Assembly (NCBI GenBank): GCA_964304625.1
Contig: OZ199840.1
Span: forward strand, 593,284-657,283
Direction of reading: 5' to 3'
Source of the DNA: Kudoa neothunni
Taxonomy: Eukaryota > Animalia > Cnidaria
Length of the DNA stretch: 64,000 nucleotides
In this document: one piece after another, positions 54,712-64,000 of the stretch
Layout of the letters: each line of letters begins with the position of its first letter
How positions within the stretch are numbered: the first letter of the stretch is position 1
Notes under the pieces: generated by a model
The model's input: the letters and a program-made list of their open reading frames with translations, nothing else
What the model was told of the DNA's origin: nothing
Database searches by the model: none
Made by a program: the position numbers and the translations under genes

Positions 54712-54807
54712 ACTATATTAGAGTGTAGATATGTGTAGAGGTTGTATTTTTTCAATTTTATATCTTCGCCTATATGCGCGAGCGATCGTAAATTTTGAAT
54801 CTCCGTA

Positions 54808-55151
54808 ATGTTCGGCCGTGTCGCCCAACCTGCAATTAACACACTCAATAGGGTGTCAAAAAATACTCCTCTTCATTCGGTCTTCCTTTGGCGAAAGCTA
54901 CTCCAAAACACGTCGAAAAGGATGTCGTCTACCACACCGAAGAGTTGAAATTCGTTTACAATAGCGCAGATGTTAAAAAAGTCCATATCTATGATGCGGT
55001 ATATTTTTTACTCATTCTTAAACTTTCACAGTTATTCTAGTTGAATTCTCGTTTTCTGCTCACTGTCATTTTGTCTCCTCTTGCATTCTACTGGCCATTC
55101 ACCGTTATAAGATGGACATGGAAGGATCCAGTTGAATATGGACAGTTTTGA
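54808..55151 (+). CDS. Small single-TM protein with a mitochondrial-presequence-like N-terminus
   Basis: MFGRVAQP...GVKKYSSSFGLPLAKATPKHVEKDVVYHTEELKFVYNSADVKKVHIYDA|LNSRFLLTVILSPLAFYWPFTVIRWTWKDPVEYGQF*. Needs a 1-nt indel or a very short intron near 54850. Confidence 0.55.
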
Positions 55152-55259
55152 GAGAATTGTTTTTAACAATTTTCATTGATAATATACTGATGGTTCATTT
55201 GTGAAGTTTTATCGCGGCTGCGCTGCGTCTTGCGAGGATGGATTTTAAATTAATTTTAC

Positions 55260-57190
55260 TTTATTTAAAATTTTTGGCGCTTTTTTTCATTTTAAAAAAA
55301 TTTTCTGACTTTGTATACTGGATAGTTTCAGAGTTGTTTCTATCATAATCTCCCTTAAAAAATGAACTCAGTTTGTAGTAGTTATTCGTGAGGATTCACT
55401 CGGTATTACTTTTTTTATATAATCTATAATGATCCCGAGAGTTAGTTCGCATCGCTGTTTTTGTTGCGCCACTCTTGAAGATTCCAATTTATCAAATGAT
55501 TGCTTGGGTGTAAGTCTAAATTACCCATTATTAGTTTACGCTGATCAATCCAACGACTCCCACATTTATTCATGAGGATTTCGCGTTTAGTTCCAAGATT
55601 AATCAAAATGATTATTAAGGAAAAGGGAGATTTTAAAATTATGCGGCATCGTTTATCTTTTCACTGTTATTTTGTATAATTGTTTTAAATTACTCAAAAA
55701 GTTGTTGGTGTTAGTAGAATTTTTTAGAGTAATTATCTTTTGTACTGATGCTTGTAGTAACTAAGAAATTGAATTGCATTGTGTGCTGCTGCGTCTGTTA
55801 TGCTGTATAATACAGTAAATCTCAACATTTTCGATCTTACCCAACCCTTTCTTTTTAGGATAATAAATTTTCGCCCATGTCTTTTTATGATTACTATATG
55901 AAGTCCTCAGATGAAACGTATTTTTTATGCAAAATAATCATTATTTTAAATAATTATATATTTACATGTATTGTAAACATTTGGAATAGTTTTCACAGAA
56001 AAAACTTTTCATTAATTGCTCGGTTTAAAAAATGAACGATTTGAATAAAAAAGTTAATTTTTTTAATAATTTTTTAATCTTCTGGCGATATTTCTAGTTA
56101 TATGAAAATATGAAATTTCCTTATAATATATAATATTCTTGGATCTGATAAAAGCTTTTCGTAGAACAAACAATTAGAAGTTTCTACGTTCGTCTAACCC
56201 ATGACAATTGTTCACTGAAACCAAAGGGTTCGATTGAATCCCTGATGTAAAACCTTAGTTTATATCAAATATATTTTAAGAATTTGTTCGCCTTTCGATT
56301 CGAGTTGGTTGTGAATATTACTTGTCATTGTGCTCCCCAAGGGATGACGTTCGATGAGTGCTCGATTTTTATGTCGCTGCCAAAATCAGGGTTATCGTCC
56401 TCGATATTTTTGGATCAACTTATATTAGAATCCTCTGATGAAATAAACATAAAACCTCGCTTTATTCAAAAAATGGCGTAGAATATTCCAGAACAATGGA
56501 GAATAATATAGACGTATCGGTGATGTTTGAGAATATATTAGAAACTTCTGGGAAAATATAAAAAACTAAGATAACTCCGTGATTGATTAGATAATCGCAA
56601 AATCCAAGATCATTTGTAGGCATATCTTGTCTCAGTTGAATACACATAAAAATGATAATTATGCTCTAATTAATATAAAAAATTTCAAATTTAATTTCTT
56701 TACTAATGAAATTTTTTAACATCTCATTGTTATGAAATTTGTAATGCATTATCTAGAAAACCATAGGGTATACTGGAGTGTCATCCTCTTAAACGCTCGG
56801 ATGTGAACATTACTTTTAGAATTTGTGTAACTATAACTCATTTTAACCAAATTAATTTTAATTGAAAATATAAAATAATTCTTTCGGAATCGGTACTTAA
56901 AATATCAACAATATTAATTGTTTATTAGAATAGCAAATTTAAAACTCACTTTCTTAGACAGCGTGTCCACCTCCAAGCATGCACGGGACTTATTTTAAAT
57001 CAACGATTTATATATCTTAGACTAAAAAATTAGCTATTATTTAATATACTACATGAAAATCCCATTGTAATAAAATAAAATAATATAAATATAGATATCA
57101 AGAGACTTTAAAAGGGCTATTTTATTTGATTAAAACCACCATAACGAGCACTCTGTCCACATCCAGGCACCGGGGGGTTAATCAATGATT
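55260..57190. other. Unresolved exon-like segment (probable divergent or decayed gene, minus strand slightly favoured)
   Basis: GC-elevated blocks with splice-like borders, e.g. minus-strand HKKTWAKIYYPKKKGL|DAAAHNAIQFLSYYKHQYKR, but no continuous spliced frame on either strand. Confidence 0.3.
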
Positions 57191-57561
57191 TCTATAGAAT
57201 TACTTAATTTGAATTAAAAATTAGCTTTAATGGTGTATTAAACTTATTATTCTTTAATAAATTTATATTTAATTAAATAATCCAATATAGCTTTCTATAT
57301 ATATTTTATAACACTTACATTATAAGCGATTTACTTACTAAGTTTATACAAACTCAGAATAATTTGAATGAAGAAAATATTTGTTAGAATTATAAATTGT
57401 TTTTATAGATCAAAGAAAAACTCCAAAAATTACGCTTTTAATTATCTTACATTGATACACATTAAATTGACAATTATATTACATATAGAAGTGACTATTT
57501 CGTACGTACATGATTGTTACTTTTTTGTTCTCAGTGCGCACGCTGCTAAATTTGAATCTCG

Positions 57562-58095
57562 ATGTCGACTTTACGATATTACTCCTGGAGATACAAGTTG
57601 AACGCTCTAAAAACCACTCTCATCGAGACAAAAAATGAAACATTGGCCATATTAAAACGAGAATTGATAGCCAAACCCGGCAGTGATTATGCCATCGATA
57701 AAACATGGGAACCTACTAGATTCAGAAGACCTTACCACTTTATAGGTGTGGCTCCACTTTACAACGAATTGAGAGCTGTCACGGCGTACACATCTGTTAA
57801 CAAATTTGACCTTCGTTTGGTAGCGTCAAATCATATTGGTAGATTGAACTAGTTAATTAACGTTGTTTTTGAATAGGAGAAACTAAAATTGGCCCTATAC
57901 ATTCTGGTTAGCCCATTGCTCATGATGTTTCCAATCGCATACGCTCGACCACATAAAATTCTTGTTCCAGATTGGTTACGATATTATTTGTTTGACGATG
58001 AAGATTACGCGCTAATGCATATCGATCATTTGAAATACATCGAACAGTGTTACAATGATTACGATGAGGAGGAAAAACTACGAAAAAGCCGCTAA
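57562..58095 (+). CDS. Two-exon 158-aa single-TM protein, function unknown
   Basis: ORFs 57562 and 57889 join through a phase-0 GT-AG intron at 57820-57876: ...VNKFDLRL|EKLKLALYILVSPLLMMFPIAYARPHK... Confidence 0.75.
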
Positions 58096-59022
58096 TTAAA
58101 TAGTGGTTTTACCTTTATATGAATTGTTTTATCTTTATTATATATTATGTAATCATTTTTTGTCACAATTAGCCACTTAAATAGCGCGAAATTAAAGTTT
58201 TCCTGATTAATTATTAATTAATTAGGCGTTTACATAAAAAATTAGCCTCCGATTCTATTGTAACAACAATTTATATTTTATTCAGCTGAAAATTATCCTA
58301 GTGGTTTCTCTACAAATATTAAAAGTAATACCAATTTTTAAAATTATTTTTGTTCTAAACGTTCGTACAATTTCAATTTTTTCTCAGAAATATCAAAATA
58401 TAATACCTGATAGAATTTATTTTAACCAACTACAATCTCTGATACTAACGAAATATTTATATGTATATTTTTTGTTTTCACATCTTGTTTGGAGGAAGGA
58501 TTGATTAAGTTTAAGTTTAACGGTAGATAGAATTAAATACAAAAACAGAACATTTTGTCTAGAATGAAATGAGATATTTCTGCAATAACCTCCCAAAGAT
58601 AAGCCGAATCCGGCACTATAAGTATAAGCAAGTATAAGTAAGAATAAGACACTTTAAAATACGCCTCTTATATCCCGTTATTTTCACCTTATAAATCCAA
58701 AAAACCAAGAAATAACCGTTAAGATAACAATTTTTTAAAGGAATTTAAATAAATCAGAAATGAAAAATAAATATGACTCTATCTTAAGTTATATAGTGTT
58801 GGTTTGAGACCGCAAATTTGGTGATAGAAATAAGTTGTTACAACCTATTTCTATAAATGATCACGATTTTAATTTCATAATCCAAATCGATAAAACTAAG
58901 ATGCTTAAAAAAATTTTAGTTTGACTTTTAGGGGTTAATTTTATGGATTAATTCACATTTTTTATTATTTTAAAGAAACTTCTCCGCGCAAAATATTCCT
59001 CAGACAAAGGCAAAGCTGGGCC

Positions 59023-59497
59023 CTTCAGCTTCTTCTAGCTTCTAGCTTCTAGCTTCTTCTAGCTTCTAGCTTCTAGCTTCTTCTAGCTTCTAGCTTCTAG
59101 CTTCTTCTAGCTTCTAGCTTCTAGCTTCTTCTAGCTTCTAGCTTCTAGCTTCTAGCTTCTAGCTTCTTCTAGCTTCTAGCTTCTAGCTTCTTCTAGCTTC
59201 TAGCTTCTTCTAGCTTCTAGCTTCTAGCTTCTTCTAGCTTCTAGCTTCTAGCTTCTTCTAGCTTCTAGCTTCTAGCTTCTAGCTTCTTCTAGCTTCTAGC
59301 TTCTAGCTTCTAGCTTCTTCTAGCTTCTAGCTTCTAGCTTCTAGCTTCTTCTAGCTTCTAGCTTCTTCTAGCTTCTAGCTTCGAGCTTCTAGCTTCTAGC
59401 TTCTAGCTTCTAGCTTCTTCTAGCTTCTTCTAGCTTCTAGCTTCTAGCTTCTAGCTTCTTCTAGCTTCTTCTAGCTTCTAGCTTCTAGCTTCGAGCT
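59023..59497. repeat. Compound tandem repeat of CTTCTAG (7 nt) and CTTCTTCTAG (10 nt)
   Basis: About 475 nt, nearly pure, with two CTTCGAG variants. Confidence 0.98.
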
Positions 59498-59589
59498 AAT
59501 GGAAAATATAATTTTTCACAGTCTTAATTTATTTTCTGAAATTAAAGCAACTTTAAAATTTCTACAGTTTTTCTGTCTACGTTTTAAAA

Positions 59590-60050
59590 CTCCTGGCGTA
59601 ACTTTAACTTAATAGGTTGTGGGGTTATGCATGGTTAGGCCACCCTCATTAACGCTACAAACACCACAGAAAAAATGACACCTATCACATATCTTTCCGT
59701 AATAATATTAGAGTTTAGGTCATTAAACATCATCGTTTACAGAGCAACCATCACTCCGAAACCCATCCTGTTCATAATGACTTTGGTTCTATGGGGATTA
59801 CAATCGTGTGAGTGATTACCGATTACTTGATGATTTAAATTTTAAATGATTAGTTCAACTTCCTCTGCTAAATAGAACTACAATTGAAGGTGAAATTGCA
59901 CTTATAATGCAATTACATTCTAAAAATAGTCCCCATTACAGGATAGAAACACCCTCGTATGGAAGCGGTAGAGTGATCAGCGGCGGGAATCGAACTCAGT
60001 ATCTCTGGGTATTGAGTCGAGTCACCACACCAGCGAGATATCTTTCCTCC
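59590..60050 (-). mobile_element. tRNA-derived SINE-like element
   Basis: Minus-strand A-box-like TATCTCGCTGGT and B-box GAGTTCGATTCC at tRNA spacing, no proper cloverleaf, followed by a GC-richer body; 3' boundary approximate. Confidence 0.55.
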
Positions 60051-60119
60051 ACTAATTTCAATGCTAATTTCCATATCGACTTGCACCCCCTCAATTTCGA
60101 ATCCCAGTAATTCCTATAT

Positions 60120-60480
60120 ACCAGGGATTGTCAACAAATTTTTTGAATTGACCTCCTGGTTCTGTTGAAAAATCCAAAATTACCCTCTTATCTAACTTGT
60201 AGGCTACATTCATGTGTTATTTAAGGTTGTACATTTCTAAATTAAACAACAAGGCGTAAACATGGAAACTGGTAATAGTTTTATAAATAATTGTTAAACA
60301 ATTTTAAACATCTCTGCCAACATCTTCATTGAGTTTGATACCATGACTAATAATAACTCCTTAGAAATGCTTACGTAACAAATCACTAGGCAAAAGTTGC
60401 ACTTATCCTACCTATTATTGATATCACTTAATAGATCTTCTTTCGGCCAAAATTTACCCTTGGTTGAGAACACCAGCTAA
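60120..60480 (-). mobile_element. CR1/L2-like LINE 3' remnant
   Basis: Decayed LAERR and RKHF...KLNEDV patterns typical of the ORF2 C-terminus. Confidence 0.4.
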
Positions 60481-61220
60481 CTACTAAACTACAATTACAA
60501 AACCGCTTAATGTTTGAATAAGCTATAATAATCGTTTAACATTCATTTTTACACAATTATAGGACTCATAATATTTGAGTATAGTCTAAATCGAACCAAG
60601 TTTGTTAAATTTGTGGGTAAAAATTACTCCTTAATTTAATATTGTATGAATTTGTGACTTATTTAGCGGAAATAACAGTGATAAATTGAAATTTCGGTTT
60701 TACTTATTAAATTATTTAATTACCTCCGAACTAGACGCTGAAATTACCATAAATTTCCACAGTTGTACAAAGAGAGAGGTGACACAAAAGTTTTCACATC
60801 TAGGCGACTGCGGTTTTTATCTATAATAAGCCAGAGCTTCCCAACTAAAACTGGACTCGCATCCCCTTTTGATAGCAAAACAAAATCAGCGCCACCCCCG
60901 TAAATTATATACGATAAGGTGTAGCTGGCTCTGAATTTCTCGAAAATCACATTCTGTTGTAATCAAATCTCGCGCTTCAATCAGAAAGCGCTTGTATGAA
61001 GCCTTACGTAAAATAGAACTCCATAGTTTAACTAAAAAACAAGCTGTAAATAGAATTATAGAAATCCTTATTTAATTTGAAAGCAACAAAAAAAGATTAA
61101 AAACAATCACCCAATAAAAAAATTTATAATATAATCATAGTTCATAATATGAATGGTGGTAGATAGGAGCAGTTGGAAAGTTGAGCAGATAATCTAATAA
61201 ACCAAACGGAAAAGGATGTG

Positions 61221-63170
61221 TTATTTTTCATCAAGACATAACGCCGACAAAGAAAACGGTCCTAATCGAGAGCGTTTCCATTTGTTGAAATTGCGCACAT
61301 TGTTTTTGAATAATAATGGCAATTGAGTTATTATTGGTCTGGGAGGATCAACATCATTGAAGGCGCATTCTAAAAGAGTTGATTGAAGCAGCCGAAGAAT
61401 AGAAATATCGGTTAATCACTCAAAAGAAATTCATTTACACACTGAAGCAAACTATCTCGTGAGTTTTCAGATATTAATTCTGGATAGTTGAATTGATCAA
61501 CATCAGGATATGCGATCAAACACATCACCCGCTAAACACACTCAGTTAGAGGTTGGAAAACATTTTTCATTAATGCTTAGATTTTACTTTAACGCGTTCC
61601 TGGTAGAAATCTAATTTTTTAATATTTGCATCTAGATGATTTTTCAAGAGTTGAGCGTATTCAAGTGTTTGTTTTAGTTGTGCCAAGTATCCGTACCCTT
61701 AAAGATAAAGTGAGATCACAATTCAAAATCAACCAATTTTGTTGGTACACATACATTGTTGTTGGTTTTGTGGATTGTATTTAATACTGAAAAGTTTGTG
61801 ATCACATTTGGAGAACGTTACATCGAAATTGTTTGACCCAGTTAGATCATTAAGTTTAGCTAAGTTGGCATGTTCCATTCCAGCACTATCAATACAAATC
61901 AGTGACTGTAATCCAGTTAAATCACAAAGTTCGAACATACTCCTTGCTATCTTTTGCACCACCACCACCACCACCACCAACACAATCATCATCTCTGTAC
62001 ATTGTGCAACTATTCAGCAGATAGCAACTGTCGACAAATTGAAAAAATAGCAGGTCCATAAGAACTTTGGGTTCTTTTCCAAGTTGGTCACAGTATTTTT
62101 CATTGATGAGTTGGATAGCTTGAAAAGTGTTTTTATTTCGAATCGACGCAAGCACACCTACCAACCAAACCACTCAATAATAAACAACAACAACTAAAAA
62201 TTCTACTTTTCCTATAATCACATTCCATATCGTCGGTTGAAATTCGAAGCCATTTTGCCCTTTTCAACTCTTCAGCAGTTGAACTGTAGCCGAAATAGAT
62301 CAAGTAGTTGTAAATATGTCTAGTTGGAAAAAAATTCAATATAGTTGATTTATTAAGTCTTAAAGTGAAGTCACTTAGCAATAGAGGAATGGATATCAAA
62401 GCTAGGTTGATAATTTTTGACTAGGTCACAAACCGAATTCACACTTTTCTAATTGGTCATAAAATCAAAAATTTATTCAGTTGTCCTCCCCAAGAATACA
62501 CTCACCTGAACATACTCATCGATGTTGTATTTGAAGGGGGTGGCGCCAAAATTAGTACTGGCTGTAATTTTACCATTGTCGAAACCGATAATCGGAAAAT
62601 AAATCCCACTCTACATCACAATTGAAATTTAGACGGTTCGTGAAACTATTCAAATACACTGAGAACCGCATATGCTGCTCCTAAATATTGACCATTGTAG
62701 GTGAAAAATATTTTCTGAGTAGAAAAGTCGATTCCACATCCAATAGTATCACCGGCATAAATAGGAGGACCAAATTTTATTTGGCTACACTCCAATGTGG
62801 ATACCGATCCGGTTAACCCATGATAAATTGGTTGGTCCAATAAATAACGATGACACATCCGTGAATCGTATCCACTATTAATAAATCCATAGATGGCATT
62901 TAGTTGGCGGCTATTCTGATAGTTGCATTCGATTGTATTCTCATAATAGAATACTCCACAAGTGAGACTGATGGATTGGTTGCCTTTTATACAAAAAAAA
63001 TCTCGATCTGAACGCAATGGAGGTGTGGCCCATTCCAACGTAAATTTCAAACATGATGACTCCATCTTGTAACGAGGATGCTTCGAACTACTCGACCAAC
63101 GATCTGGTAATTTTTCCGAGTCTGTAAAACTCAAATAGCTACCATATCTCACTTGTGGTGTGGTAGACAT
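61221..63170 (-). CDS. RANBP9: RanBP9/10-like CTLH-complex scaffold (SPRY-LisH-CTLH-CRA)
   Basis: LPDRWS, CGVFYYE, FGPPIYAGDTIGCG, FFTYNGQYLG, NFGATPFKYNIDEY; LisH IYNYLIYFGYSSTAEEL; CTLH QAIQLINEKY...QFVD; CRA CLIAYPD...RDSLLQCVNEFLL; TAA at 61221-61223. Confidence 0.9.
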
Positions 63171-63196
63171 GGAAGGTTAGAACTATAATCTTTTTA

Positions 63197-63208
63197 TGCG
63201 CATGCGAG
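63197..63208. promoter_or_regulatory. NRF1-like site upstream of the RANBP9-like gene
   Basis: TGCGCATGCGAG 27 nt upstream of the ATG. Confidence 0.55.
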
Positions 63209-64000
63209 AAATATCCCCTTCTTGTGTTTGGATATTGTTCTAACAAACATAAAAACCTTTTTTTAAAGATTTTTAGGTATTTTTAATACCTAGAATAACA
63301 GAATATAGATTAAAGATATTTAATAAATTTTTGGGGGGATTAAAGTTCCGATAAAAACTAATAAGTTTATTAAATGAAAAGTTTTTGATTTTAATTTTTT
63401 GTAATGTTAGTTTAAAAAGTGAATTGTCACTTAATTCCTAAGTATATTGTATAATAAATCTTTATTGGATGTATTGATTTTTTAAATCTTGTTTGTAGGT
63501 TGTTAATAGTTTGAATGAAGTGTACAGTGAAGTAGTAGGAAACCAGTCTCAAGAGTAAGAAATTTAGGTTAATCATTAGAGATGCGACTTTATAGGTATG
63601 TTGATGTTTGATATCGTAAAATTAACATACCACTTATCGTATATATTCGCTGAAATGTGTGAACGCTTTTGATGTGAACATTATTTGCAAATCCAACGTG
63701 CAGGTTACAAACAAGATATTATCAGCTTATGGAAGGATTAACTTCATTGATAGATGAATATTTATTCTATTTTCAAGATAAATGCCAAATTTATAATTGT
63801 ATATTAAATATAAAAAATAATATTTTGTTAAGGTGGAAAATCTAGTTGGTTTTTCATTTCATTTCTTTTATTGAATTATAATACTTTCTTCATATGAGAA
63901 GTATCTGTGGGGAGAAATTTATTGATAATTATATTTATGTTGAATTACCTTTTGTAACTTTAGACGTAAATATTAAGGAGATTATTAGGTAGGAGTTTCT

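Noticed and set aside
55431-55565. H/ACA snoRNA (two adjacent hairpins)
   Set aside because: The candidate H box overlaps the second stem, ACA lies 11 nt beyond it, and G-U-rich stems arise easily by chance.
55238-56570. Plus-strand gene with recoded TGA codons (Sec, Trp or editing) and downstream SECIS-like hairpins
   Set aside because: Several frames are interrupted only by TGA, but I could not build one splice-consistent model, the minus strand looks at least as coding-like, neighbouring genes use TGA as stop, and the hairpins lack the SECIS core.
59023-59497. CRISPR array, coding repeat or heat-shock-element array
   Set aside because: No unique spacers, eukaryotic context, frequent stops, and the TTC units are not in alternating inverted nGAAn arrangement.
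59977-60050. Functional tRNA gene
   Set aside because: A/B boxes are present but acceptor and anticodon stems do not pair; better read as a SINE head.
715-62050. Many 60-120 aa ORFs in the supplied track (e.g. 715, 2785, 19109, 24214, 29884, 53209, 61808)
   Set aside because: They are antisense or off-frame shadows of real exons or transposon relics, often with TTG/GTG starts.

Overview
AT-rich (roughly three-quarters A+T by eye) eukaryotic nuclear DNA with short GT-AG introns of mostly 35-60 nt, so the ORF track shows only exon fragments. Gene content is animal-like; a reduced parasitic metazoan such as a myxozoan is plausible but is inference only. The window has two compartments. (1) 1-43.5 kb is dense in decayed DNA transposons (piggyBac, Tigger/pogo, mariner, hAT, Helitron ends). 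It carries a beta-1,4-galactosyltransferase, a saposin-like gene, and four minus-strand secreted/surface-protein genes: a five-domain Kunitz gene, two paralogous helical type-I membrane proteins, and an FN3-like/mucin-like type-I membrane protein. (2) 43.7-63.2 kb is a compact housekeeping block (NUP107, NVL, RANBP9/10-like, two small related membrane-protein genes) whose starts are preceded by NRF1-like GCGC motifs. Main leads: the Kunitz gene sits between Helitron 5' and 3' termini and between piggyBac ends; about 13 small frameshifts are concentrated in three secreted/surface genes (assembly error is the leading explanation); and there is an unrecognised surface-protein family. All gene models were spliced by eye and no database search was run.
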